Origin: Candidatus Korarchaeum cryptofilum OPF8
Lineage (GTDB): Archaea > Korarchaeota > Korarchaeia > Korarchaeales > Korarchaeaceae
Length of the DNA: 32,000 nt
Direction: 5' to 3'
Assembly (NCBI RefSeq): GCF_000019605.1
Contig: NC_010482.1
Coordinates: 300,001 to 332,000, forward strand
How positions within the stretch are numbered: position 1 is the stretch's first letter; the number at the start of each line of letters is the position of its first letter. The notes beneath the pieces are model-generated. The model ran no database searches and was not told where the DNA came from. It saw only the letters and a list, made by a program, of their open reading frames with translations. Positions 22,958 to 31,663 of this stretch are shown piece after piece. Both the position numbers and the translations under genes were made by a program.

Positions 22958-23932
22958 ATGAGGGCTTTAGTACTCCACGCTCCGAGGGATCTGAGGCTCG
23001 AAGACGTTGATGAGAGGAGCCCTGGGAATGGATGGGTCAAAGTGAGGGTCAGGAGAGTCGGTATATGCGGCACGGACAAATCTATTTATCTCGGCGACTA
23101 CGCGGCGAGGAAGTTACCCATAATATTGGGGCACGAGATCTCGGGCGAGATCGTTGAAGTGGGTGAGGGCGTTGATGAGAGGATTATAGGGCAGAGAGTA
23201 ACTAGCGAAATCAATTTGAGCTGCGGGGAATGCTCCTTCTGTAAAAGAGGATTGAGGGAGCACTGCTTGAGAAGGGAAGCATTAGGGATAAGCTTAGATG
23301 GTGGGATGGCAGAGTACGTGCTGACCAGAGCGGATCTCATCCATCCAATAGGTGATCTGAGCTGGCTTCAGGGTGCATTCATCGAGCCTTTAGCGGCTGC
23401 ATTGAAGCCATTCTTCCTCATGCCCCCTCCTCCATCATCCAGCATAGCCGTAGTGGGTGTGGGAACGATAGGCCTCCTCTCAGTTCAGATATCAGCGCTT
23501 TTCGCCCCTAAGAGGCTCGTAGCTATCTCAAGGAGGAGGGGCAGGAAATCAGAGTTAGCTGAAATATTTGGCGCTGAGTCTATGACCGTTGAGGAGGCTT
23601 TAAACTTAAAGGGGGAGTTCGATCTCGTTATAGAGGCATCAGGATCCCCGAATGGCCTTGAAATAGCTCTTAATCTCACTAGGCCCAGGGGAACGATATT
23701 CGCTAAATCCACGCACGGTAAGGAGGTTTCATTCGATTACACACGGGCTGTCGTGAATGAGATAACCATACTCGGGAGCAGATGCGGCCCGTTCGATGCA
23801 GCAATAGAGCTCCTCAGGAAGGGGAAGGTGAGAGTGGATGAGCTGGTCACATCGGTCTACAAGCTTGAGGATGGAGTAGAGGCCTTCATCAGATCCTTAG
23901 ATCCGGATGAATTGAAAGTACAGCTGGAATGA
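22958..23932 (+). CDS. Zinc-dependent alcohol/polyol dehydrogenase (MDR family, threonine/sorbitol dehydrogenase-like)
   Basis: The start is MRALVLHAPRDLRLEDV. The catalytic Zn motifs are GICGTDKS and GHEISGEIVEVG. The structural Zn site is CGECSFCKRGLREHC. The Rossmann motif is VVGVGTIGL. The longer ORF-track start at 22796 overlaps the divergent SBP gene. Confidence 0.85.
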   Translation: MRALVLHAPRDLRLEDVDERSPGNGWVKVRVRRVGICGTDKSIYLGDYAARKLPIILGHEISGEIVEVGEGVDERIIGQRVTSEINLSCGECSFCKRGLREHCLRREALGISLDGGMAEYVLTRADLIHPIGDLSWLQGAFIEPLAAALKPFFLMPPPPSSSIAVVGVGTIGLLSVQISALFAPKRLVAISRRRGRKSELAEIFGAESMTVEEALNLKGEFDLVIEASGSPNGLEIALNLTRPRGTIFAKSTHGKEVSFDYTRAVVNEITILGSRCGPFDAAIELLRKGKVRVDELVTSVYKLEDGVEAFIRSLDPDELKVQLE

Positions 23933-23933
23933 G

Positions 23934-24695
23934 TCAGTAGAGGAAGATGTAATTCACCCCTCTCAGCTTCTCGGATAGGGAGGCCTTGATCCTCCTATAG
24001 TAGGCATTCGAGTCCTCCGCACTCATCTTTCCCATCCTTATCCCGGGCTTCTCCCTGAATTTATCGAAGTAAATGAGATCCGATAGACTCTTCACCTCCT
24101 TCACCAAGGCTAATATGTCCTCTAAAGCCGCTCCCGGTATTATAGGCCCTATGAACGTGAAAGTCCTTATACCAGCTTCCTTGAGCTTTTGAAGCGTATA
24201 AATCCTATCCTTCACGCTGGAGGCCCTCGGCTCCAATGCCCTCCTCAACTCATCATCCAGAGTAATTATAGTGAGGCCCACGCTCGCATCACTGAACCCG
24301 CTTATGATATCGAGATCCCTCAAGACCAGACTGGACTTGGTCTGTATTATGATGGGCCAATCCCTCTCCAATAAGAGCTTCAATATCGCCCTGGTTATCG
24401 CGAGGGAGGATTCCGCGGGTTGGTAAGCGTCGGTGAGCGAGGATATGTAGACCACACCCCTAGCCTTCCTGAAGATCTCCTTCTCCAGGAGCTCGATGGC
24501 GTTCAGCTTAGCGTAAACGTAGCTCCCCCAGGCGCCTGAGTAGCCCATCCTCCTCGTGTAGTATTGAGCGTAACAGTAGGAACATGCATGGGAGCAGCCT
24601 ATATATGGATTCACGCAATAGTCCCCGATGGAGCTCCTATTCAGTATGCTCTTCGCCCTTATCCCTTCCATTATGATTTTATACTCCGGGCTCAC
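23934..24695 (-). CDS. Radical SAM protein, SplB-like ('DNA repair photolyase', COG1533-type)
   Basis: NPYIGCSHACSYCYAQ is the CxxxCxxC cluster motif in the context typical of this subgroup. The start is GTG 24695 or ATG 24671. Confidence 0.75.
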   Translation of the reverse strand: MSPEYKIIMEGIRAKSILNRSSIGDYCVNPYIGCSHACSYCYAQYYTRRMGYSGAWGSYVYAKLNAIELLEKEIFRKARGVVYISSLTDAYQPAESSLAITRAILKLLLERDWPIIIQTKSSLVLRDLDIISGFSDASVGLTIITLDDELRRALEPRASSVKDRIYTLQKLKEAGIRTFTFIGPIIPGAALEDILALVKEVKSLSDLIYFDKFREKPGIRMGKMSAEDSNAYYRRIKASLSEKLRGVNYIFLY

Positions 24696-24708
24696 AAAAA
24701 CTTAACCC

Positions 24709-25881
24709 ATGAAGAAGCTGAAGATACTATCGAGTGACTTCAGGGTCAGGGAGATAAAGGAGCTTGAACTGATATCCGAGGGGTTGCCAGAACATTCTCT
24801 CGATTTGAAGGAGATATCAGGTTCCTCTCCCCCGGAGATTTTCGTGGGGAGGTTCGGATACCCCAAGGTTTATGTAGGACCCCTGATACCTCCCTTCCAT
24901 GGCGATTCCAGGCATTTAGCGATGCCTGAAACCTGGTTCGGGAAGGGGCTCGATGAGATAATAGGTATGAGGATTCAGTTAGTCAGGGGAAAATTGAAGG
25001 TAGATGTGAGGGCTCAGGATAGATTAGTTGAGGAAATGAGGGAAGCCATGCTCTCAGAGAGCTCCGTTCAAGCTGAAGCTAAGTTGAAGAATAGACCTAG
25101 GGGCTATATATTCTCAGAGGATTTTCAGCCCTTCGGACCCTCAGCCCTCCTGGAGGAACTGAGAATGGAGCCTGGCAGGGCTGATCACAGGATAGAGAGG
25201 CTCTACTACGATAGGGATGCTGCAGCAGCTGAGGCGATCGAGGAGCTCTACTCCTCCGGGCTCCCAGTCTCAAGGATACAGCAGAGTTTGAGCGCTGGAC
25301 TCTTAGGAAGGAGGAGGAAGTTCGTCCCCACTAGATGGGCGATAACTGCAGTCGATGATCAAGTATCGAGGCATTTAATCGATAAGATAAGGGATATGCA
25401 GGAGATCGGGGAGTATAGAGTGTACTTGGGGGAGTACCTGAACAATAGATGGGCCATAATAATGATCCCCGGCCCTTGGAGCTACGAATCGATAGAGGCC
25501 TGGTTCCCGGGTATAATCACGGATTCCCTAGCTATAGCTGGCGACTTCGAGCCCTTCTGGGGTAGGCGTGAGTACGCTAGCATGGGGGGTTGCTACTACG
25601 CTGGCAGGCTCGCGGTCTCCGAGGAGCTCATGAGGATGGGGAGGCAGGCATCAGTCCTCATACTCAGGGAAGCTTACCCGGGCTACGTGCCGATAGGCGT
25701 GTGGAACGTGAGGGAGAGCGTGAGGAACGTCCTGAGGGGGAGGCCAGAGGTATTATCTAGCTTGGATGAATGCCTCAAAATAGTTAAAGGATGGCTCTCC
25801 CTCCCGATCAAAGTATGGATGAATAATTCGAGGCTCCTTAAGGTGAAAGCCCGTCAAATCAGCTTGGAGGACTTCCTCTAG
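24709..25881 (+). CDS. nreA: Nre-family DNA repair protein (NreA-like) with a C-terminal PIP box
   Basis: SSPPEIFVGRFGYPKVYVGPL and VPTRWAITAVDD match my recollection of the Nre_N/Nre_C (DUF650/DUF651) signatures. The C-terminus QISLEDFL fits Qxx(L/I/M)xx(F/Y)(F/Y/L). The TATA-like ATTTTATA (24674-24681) lies about 30 nt upstream. Confidence 0.6.
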   Translation: MKKLKILSSDFRVREIKELELISEGLPEHSLDLKEISGSSPPEIFVGRFGYPKVYVGPLIPPFHGDSRHLAMPETWFGKGLDEIIGMRIQLVRGKLKVDVRAQDRLVEEMREAMLSESSVQAEAKLKNRPRGYIFSEDFQPFGPSALLEELRMEPGRADHRIERLYYDRDAAAAEAIEELYSSGLPVSRIQQSLSAGLLGRRRKFVPTRWAITAVDDQVSRHLIDKIRDMQEIGEYRVYLGEYLNNRWAIIMIPGPWSYESIEAWFPGIITDSLAIAGDFEPFWGRREYASMGGCYYAGRLAVSEELMRMGRQASVLILREAYPGYVPIGVWNVRESVRNVLRGRPEVLSSLDECLKIVKGWLSLPIKVWMNNSRLLKVKARQISLEDFL

Positions 25882-25920
25882 ATTTTTAAATGATTAAAAT
25901 CGATCTTAGGGGGATCTGAG

Positions 25921-26079
25921 GTGGATGAGTGCGCTGTATGCGGGAGGAGGGGTGTGAGCTTGCTATGGGCCCGTCATAAGGAGAGGGGAGGGATCTGGAT
26001 CTGTGCTGAATGCTGGAAGAAATTATATGAGGATAATATGCTAGTTTATGGATCCGGGGAGTCAGGGTGCTCCTGCTGA
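25921..26079 (+). CDS. Small zinc-ribbon protein (52 aa), not in the ORF track
   Basis: From GTG 25921 the frame reads (M)DECAVCGRRGVSLLWARHKERGGIWICAECWKKLYEDNMLVYGSGESGCSC, ending at TGA 26077-26079. It has a CxxC...CxxC pattern and host-like codon usage. TTTTTAAATGATTAAAAT (25883-25900) lies upstream. It exactly fills the gap before the convergent MFS gene. Confidence 0.4.
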   Translation: MDECAVCGRRGVSLLWARHKERGGIWICAECWKKLYEDNMLVYGSGESGCSC

Positions 26080-26080
26080 A

Positions 26081-27247
26081 TTAAGATATCTTACCCCTCG
26101 GAAGCTTCAAAGAACCTATTATGAGCGGTATCAGTAGCAGAGATGCTAATGAGAAGAGGAATGGAGCGGAGAATCCGTAAATCAGCCCTCCTACAGCTGA
26201 CATAGTGCCGGAGAGGCTCCCCTCGACGAGCCCATTTATAGCGTTTATCTTGCCCCTGACCTCCTCGCTAGTCAGATCGAAGAGTAGAGCTTGAGAAGCG
26301 GGCGAAGATGCGAAGATGACGTTCACGATCAGAGCTATAGAGAAGGAGAGAGGGTCCCTAGCTAGGGAAATGAGGAGAAGTCCGAGGCAGGCTGATAGAT
26401 AGCCTAGAGCCATCGTAAGATTTCTACCGATCCTATCGGTGAGGTAGCCCGAGATGAGAAGGGAGATCGTTGATATAATCGCTGTCAATGTCGATAGCAA
26501 TCCCCAGAGTTCTAGGGAGAGGCCCAAGTATTTCACAGCGTACACCTGGAGATAAGGATAAGCCATATTGTAGATCCCGACGACAGAGGAGCTTATCGCT
26601 ATGAGCTTCCCCAGATCCCCTCTCATGAATCTCAGGGCATTCCTATACTCCTTGATAGCGTGTCCAAAGCTAAGTTCAGTTCTTGAGCTGTATGTCTCAA
26701 CGAGGAGGAGCCTGATTATCCCAGCTAGCAGGGTAGAGAGGGAGACCAGGAGGAAGAGGATCCTCATCCCCCTCTCCAGCCCCTGGGAGGATACCACTAA
26801 AGTGGCCAGGGGTGGACCAGCTAGCCCCAGGAGCTGCGAGGGGGCGTTCATCAGGGAGACGCCAGAGCCCCTCCTCTCGCTCGGGAGTATATCACCCACC
26901 AGAGCCATGAGGGCCGGCTGGTACATGAGGGCTAAAGAGCATATGAAATTCCCGATCAATAGAAACCTCCAATCAGGTGCGAATACGAATATTAAATTGG
27001 AGAATGCGTATAAGATCGTCATTGGTACGATAACCCTTTTCCTTCCCAGGACGTCTGCTAAATATCCCCCGAAGAGCCTCGAGACCGATAGCGTGACCAT
27101 GGAGACTAAGTTTATCAATCCCACATCCACTATGCTCCCCCCGAGCTCTAGGATGAACAGTGAGAAGTAGACATTTACGGCTGATGTGAAGGGGTTCATG
27201 AGGGCCCATGTCACCGTTATTATTATGAAATTCCTCCTCGAGTTCAC
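26081..27247 (-). CDS. MFS transporter
   Basis: About 12 TM helices, with the MFS motif A-like GGYLADVLGRKRV between TM2 and TM3. The start is GTG 27247, with TTTTTTAA about 30 nt upstream (minus sense). Confidence 0.8.
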   Translation of the reverse strand: MNSRRNFIIITVTWALMNPFTSAVNVYFSLFILELGGSIVDVGLINLVSMVTLSVSRLFGGYLADVLGRKRVIVPMTILYAFSNLIFVFAPDWRFLLIGNFICSLALMYQPALMALVGDILPSERRGSGVSLMNAPSQLLGLAGPPLATLVVSSQGLERGMRILFLLVSLSTLLAGIIRLLLVETYSSRTELSFGHAIKEYRNALRFMRGDLGKLIAISSSVVGIYNMAYPYLQVYAVKYLGLSLELWGLLSTLTAIISTISLLISGYLTDRIGRNLTMALGYLSACLGLLLISLARDPLSFSIALIVNVIFASSPASQALLFDLTSEEVRGKINAINGLVEGSLSGTMSAVGGLIYGFSAPFLFSLASLLLIPLIIGSLKLPRGKIS

Positions 27248-27317
27248 AGGAGGCGCCTGAACCTCTAGTTAAAAAACTTAACATCCATGGAACTCGGAGC
27301 CCCCGAGCGACCGTGAC

Positions 27318-28739
27318 TCATAGCCCCTTGATGGGATGGGAGGGCCATCCCTCAGCCAGACCATCGGGATCATATGCCACTAGTCCCCCGACTATTGTGA
27401 GGGATGCTCTAATTCCCGAGATATCGTAACGGTTCAGGGACCAGGGACTGCTATCTAGGAGCGTTAAATTGGCTTCAGACCCTATGCTCAGCTCAGGGGA
27501 GTACATTTTGAGAGCCTGATCCAAGCTTAAAGGCTTTACTCCGAGTTCTCCACCAGTCAAAGCGGCTTCAATGCTCATCCAAGGGTTCTCGGGCTCGACT
27601 GGGGCATCGCTGCTCCCCCTAATTTTCAATCCCACCTCGAGCATATCCGAGAATCTGTAAGCATATTTGACCCTCTCCCCGAGCCTCTTCCCGAGCCACC
27701 AGTCCGAGATGGTGAAGTGAGGTTGGACAGCTATGAGTTGGGGCTTAGCTTTAGATAACCTCTCTAATAGGTCCTGAGGGATCAGGGAGGCATGTTCTAT
27801 CCTCAAATTATTAGCTCCCATCTCCAGGGCTTTTATCACTTCCTCGAGGGCCCTATCCCCTATCGCATGCACAGCGAGCACTTTGCCCCTCTCAGCCAGG
27901 GAGCGTGAGAGGGCATAAATCTCCTTCCACCCCTTGAGTAGGACTCCGAAGTTCCCAGGGTCATCCTCATATTCCTCTCTGAGGGCAGCAGTCCTCGCTC
28001 CGAAGCTACCATCAGCGTAAACCTTCACTCCATCAACTGAGGCATCATCTGAGCTCAGCCCCTCTGAGAGGTAGAGCCTCACTCTTATAGGCGCTTCTAC
28101 GCTCTTGAGGATCCTGAGTTCCTCTAACGAGGCATCCATGCTGTGAACTTCAGTTATTCCGTAGCTCAGAAGTCTTTTCATCGCCTTCAGGAGGGAAAGC
28201 TTGTTAATAGAGGATCTAACCTTCCTAATAGCGGAATAGAGCTCATCCTCGAATAAAAGATCCTTCCCTATCCCCAGCTCCTTCATGGCCCTCGAATTCA
28301 GCACGCCGGCGTGCAAGCATATCCTAGTGAGAAGCAGGGGGTTCTCCGGGCATATATCATCTAGATCCTCTTTCCTAGGATATCTTCCATCCCTGAAATT
28401 CTCCTGGTCCCATCCATGCCCTATTATCCATTCTCCAGGCTTAGAGACCCTCACCCTAGATTTAACTGCTTCCCTGAGCTCATCGATGCTCCTAATACCC
28501 CTAAGGTCGAGGCTCCTCATCGAGAGGGCGTAGCTGAGTAGATGCATGTGCGAGTCAACTAAACCTGGTATGAGGACTCTTCCATCAGCATCCAGGAACT
28601 TGGCCCTCCCCCTGTACTTCTCGCAGGTGTCTGAAGTGCCAAAATCCAGTATCTTCCCATCTTCAATTATTAAGCAACTCCTCTCATAGCTCCCCATTAT
28701 CCTCGCGTTCTCAATAGCTAGCAAATTATCACCACTCAA
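27318..28739 (-). CDS. Metal-dependent amidohydrolase (Amidohydro_3 / YtcJ-like)
   Basis: PGLVDSHMHLL is the HxH motif. AVHAIGDRA, RIEHASL and RGSSDAPVE are further metal and catalytic motifs. The start is TTG, 23 nt after the upstream stop. Confidence 0.8.
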   Translation of the reverse strand: MSGDNLLAIENARIMGSYERSCLIIEDGKILDFGTSDTCEKYRGRAKFLDADGRVLIPGLVDSHMHLLSYALSMRSLDLRGIRSIDELREAVKSRVRVSKPGEWIIGHGWDQENFRDGRYPRKEDLDDICPENPLLLTRICLHAGVLNSRAMKELGIGKDLLFEDELYSAIRKVRSSINKLSLLKAMKRLLSYGITEVHSMDASLEELRILKSVEAPIRVRLYLSEGLSSDDASVDGVKVYADGSFGARTAALREEYEDDPGNFGVLLKGWKEIYALSRSLAERGKVLAVHAIGDRALEEVIKALEMGANNLRIEHASLIPQDLLERLSKAKPQLIAVQPHFTISDWWLGKRLGERVKYAYRFSDMLEVGLKIRGSSDAPVEPENPWMSIEAALTGGELGVKPLSLDQALKMYSPELSIGSEANLTLLDSSPWSLNRYDISGIRASLTIVGGLVAYDPDGLAEGWPSHPIKGL

Positions 28740-28762
28740 CTTCGGATCGAGAGGATAAAAAA

Positions 28763-30526
28763 TCAGAAGTCCATGGAATTTACTATTTCATCGGGTAGCT
28801 CCGGGCAGTTGAACCTGAGCCAGATCTTACTCTCCTCTATCTCAGCTCTCAGGAGTTCTTCGAACTCCTTCATGCTGTAATAACTGGTTGGCTTGAGTTC
28901 CTTGAGCCTCGAATCGCTCAGCCCCGGGACCTTCCTCGGGACGAGCACTTTATCTCCCCAGAAGGGATGGGGCTCATATTCCACCACTCCCCTAGAGGAT
29001 TGAAGGATGAAGAGCTCATCCTCCTCAATAGTGGGCTTAGATCCTCCCCTCACCCTGATCCTCCCATCAGATTCCTCGAATATAGGCTCCGGAACTGAGA
29101 TCTTCACCCCTTTTATCTCCCTCTCTACCCACTTATACTCAGCGCCCACCCTACCGGTAGTGACGAAGACGTAAACCTCCACATCCCTCCTCCTCAGCAT
29201 CTCATAAAATCTGAGCACGTGCATAGAATCGCTTACCCCTATTGTAAACTCTGAAAACCTTGGAACATATCTTACTTTCCCTACGAGCTCCTTTGCCTGA
29301 GCTGGATGTCCTATGGTCTTCCCATCCGCCAGGAACTTCGCTGCTATAGCTGGATCCCTCACCCTCATCCAAGCGTAAGACGTGAAGTAGCTCGGGGAGA
29401 GGAATATAGCTGTAGTCAGGGGCCCGCTAGATACTACATCATCGAAGAAACCCGTGTCCTCCAGGTATAGAACGGTCCTAGAATTCCTGTTAGGCTTGCC
29501 GAAGTAAGTGAATAGCTCCCCCTTGAATGAGGGCATCCCCCTCTCATCGAACTCGGTGTTCTCGTGAAGGGCCCTGCTGCTCATAGCCCCCCTCCACATA
29601 GCTGTCTGCGTCTCATCTAGGTCCTCGGTCTTAGTCCAGGCCCCCCTCTCAGATCCATAGACCCTTTCATCGCATATAGCTATGATATCATCGTTCTTAA
29701 TCACCTGATCCTTCACGAATTCAAGGGGATTTATGCCGAATCTCTCGATGAATATCCTCGAGTTCCTCTCATCCCAGGCGTAAAAACTGTGAGTAGATTT
29801 CCCGCTCCCCGTAAGTCCCCATATAGCCATAACAACCCTTCTCCAGCTCCCATCCCCCATCTTGACGGTGAACTCCCTCAGAGCCGCGTGCTCCCCAGTG
29901 CATCCCTTACCATAGACGAAGTTGATCCAGTGGCAGAGGACCCCCTTCTTGACCTCCCCCTGGTAAGAGGATACGGTCACTATAGTGAGGTTCGCGTAGG
30001 GGAACCTTATCACCATCATCATGTTCTCAGTACCGGGTATCTTGGGGTTTCCGAGGTAGTGGGGGATCACGAAGAGCTCGGCATCCGGATCTCCATCAGG
30101 AGGCGCTGGAAAAACTAGCTGAGACCATCTATACGCTATATCGGGGAACTGAGGGTCAACGTAGACTCTCGCATGCATCTGAACTTTGGTCCCGGGCTTC
30201 CCAACGTAACCATCGACTTTTATCAGGGGGCCCTGAGCGAGTATGTGCTCCAGGACCCTGAGCATGAGGAGCTTATGCTCGTACTTAAGCTCCCCATCAT
30301 CATCAACTACTGATGTGTTGGCCGCTGATCTGCTCCAGATATTAGAAGCCCATCCCCAGGCGCCGTTCCTGTACTGGTTCCCATATAGTTTGGCCCTCTC
30401 GAAGAGATCCGGAGGGTTATCGAGTATCGGAATGAGACCAGCTTTCCTCTTCATTTCAACGATTTTTCTGAAGGCCTCCCTGAAGCTATCAGGGTTCAGA
30501 TCCTCCAGAGGTGGTATGGGGCTCAT
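28763..30526 (-). CDS. Divergent phosphoenolpyruvate carboxykinase (ATP)-family protein
   Basis: It is collinear with the PckA motifs. WSRSAANTSVV aligns with TGRSPKDKYIV, SSYQGEVKKG with TWYGGEMKKG, and GEHAA with MHCSA. The P-loop WGLTGSGKSTHS aligns with FGLSGTGKTTLS, IKNDDIIAI with IGDDEHGW, and NRNSRTV with ENTRVS. Confidence 0.6.
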   Translation of the reverse strand: MSPIPPLEDLNPDSFREAFRKIVEMKRKAGLIPILDNPPDLFERAKLYGNQYRNGAWGWASNIWSRSAANTSVVDDDGELKYEHKLLMLRVLEHILAQGPLIKVDGYVGKPGTKVQMHARVYVDPQFPDIAYRWSQLVFPAPPDGDPDAELFVIPHYLGNPKIPGTENMMMVIRFPYANLTIVTVSSYQGEVKKGVLCHWINFVYGKGCTGEHAALREFTVKMGDGSWRRVVMAIWGLTGSGKSTHSFYAWDERNSRIFIERFGINPLEFVKDQVIKNDDIIAICDERVYGSERGAWTKTEDLDETQTAMWRGAMSSRALHENTEFDERGMPSFKGELFTYFGKPNRNSRTVLYLEDTGFFDDVVSSGPLTTAIFLSPSYFTSYAWMRVRDPAIAAKFLADGKTIGHPAQAKELVGKVRYVPRFSEFTIGVSDSMHVLRFYEMLRRRDVEVYVFVTTGRVGAEYKWVEREIKGVKISVPEPIFEESDGRIRVRGGSKPTIEEDELFILQSSRGVVEYEPHPFWGDKVLVPRKVPGLSDSRLKELKPTSYYSMKEFEELLRAEIEESKIWLRFNCPELPDEIVNSMDF

Positions 30527-30545
30527 CGGTCTGCTAGTCAGTTAA

Positions 30546-30584
30546 GTTATAAAAATTATGACGTTGGCCAATATTATGACGTTG
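30546..30584 (-). promoter_or_regulatory. TATA-like box preceded by a tandem 12-nt direct repeat (promoter of the PEPCK-like gene)
   Basis: The minus strand reads CAACGTCATAAT (30584-30573), 6 nt, CAACGTCATAAT (30566-30555), then TTTTTATAAC (30555-30546). ATG 30526 lies about 24 nt further on. Confidence 0.4.
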
Positions 30585-31653
30585 CCTCCCGAATCGCTCC
30601 GAAGAGCTCCCTTATATCCACTTCACTGAGGACCCCGTAGCTTATCCTGAAGTACTCCTTCCCTCCTCTGAACGCGGCTGCAGGCACTATCCCCACAACC
30701 GGATCCCGATTGAGTAGCTTCATCGCTAACTCATTAGAGTCAGGCACATTGGGATGCATTGAATAGAGGTAAAATGCACCTCTCGGCTCCGGGAATATCA
30801 ATCCAGCTTTCCTAGCTTCCCTAATCACCTCATCCTTCAGTTTGGCGTAATGCTCCCTCACCCTCCGGAAGTAATCATCGCTCGCAGCTTCTATCATCTT
30901 CATTATAATGAACTGGGAGATCTCGGATACGCCAGCCGTCATCAAGTAGAGGATCCTACCGACCAGCTCGGGCCTCTCAGCTCCCCAGTATATGTAACCT
31001 ATCCTGAGCCCTGGTAAGGCGAAGGTCTTGCTGAAAGTATCCGCTATGATATCCCCAACAACCTCGACTCTCTCCCCGAAGTATATCTGGGAGTAAGCTG
31101 CATCGTTTATCAGCAACACATTCCTCCTCCTCAGCTCATCCCAGAGATCCATCAGCTCAGAGTTAGGTTGGACGAAGCCTGTCGGATTATTGGGGTAGTT
31201 TATCAGGACCCCTGAGACACCTTCCAATTTACTCGTGACCTCATTGACGAGATCTTCAGCCAGAGGATCGTACGTTGAGATCTGATACCCGAATTCGCTC
31301 GCATGCTCGAAGTACTGGGGGAAGCCGGGGGCTGGGACGAGTATCCTCCCCCTCCTGATCTTAGATGCAGCTAAAGCTGATATCAGCAAGGATTGAGCTC
31401 CTCCGTTCGTTATGAATATCCTATCCTTCTCGAGATCTCTCCCCAAAAATTCGCTCCCGAAATGGGATATGCTCTCCCTAGCAGCTTCAGTCCCGACGAA
31501 TGGCAGGTACTTCCTGCCCATCTCCCCGATCCCCAATTCCCTCAACTGGACCGGTGGCTCGTGAGAGGGCTCACCTATGTGGGCATTTATTACCCTCTTC
31601 CCCTCGCTCTCCTTCCTCCTGCAGGCATCGAATACATCCCTTATCGTCAGCAT
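30574..31653 (-). CDS. Class I/II pyridoxal-phosphate aminotransferase (aspartate aminotransferase-like)
   Basis: The motifs are NYPNNPTG, NDAAYS and SKTFALPGLRIGY (PLP-Lys). AGGTGA lies 11 nt upstream of ATG 31653. Confidence 0.85.
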   Translation of the reverse strand: MLTIRDVFDACRRKESEGKRVINAHIGEPSHEPPVQLRELGIGEMGRKYLPFVGTEAARESISHFGSEFLGRDLEKDRIFITNGGAQSLLISALAASKIRRGRILVPAPGFPQYFEHASEFGYQISTYDPLAEDLVNEVTSKLEGVSGVLINYPNNPTGFVQPNSELMDLWDELRRRNVLLINDAAYSQIYFGERVEVVGDIIADTFSKTFALPGLRIGYIYWGAERPELVGRILYLMTAGVSEISQFIIMKMIEAASDDYFRRVREHYAKLKDEVIREARKAGLIFPEPRGAFYLYSMHPNVPDSNELAMKLLNRDPVVGIVPAAAFRGGKEYFRISYGVLSEVDIRELFGAIREATS

Positions 31654-31663
31654 ACGTATTCAC

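Noticed and set aside
26601-27170. 189-aa plus-strand ORF inside the MFS gene. Similar antisense ORFs occur at 385-732, 2151-2447, 5392-5748, 6721-6978, 17115-17453, 20408-20905, 29789-30118 and 31393-31704.
   Set aside because: All lie antisense to genes with strong family motifs. They have skewed Ser/Pro/Leu/Arg composition and no motifs of their own. This is typical shadow-ORF behaviour in genomes with this codon bias.
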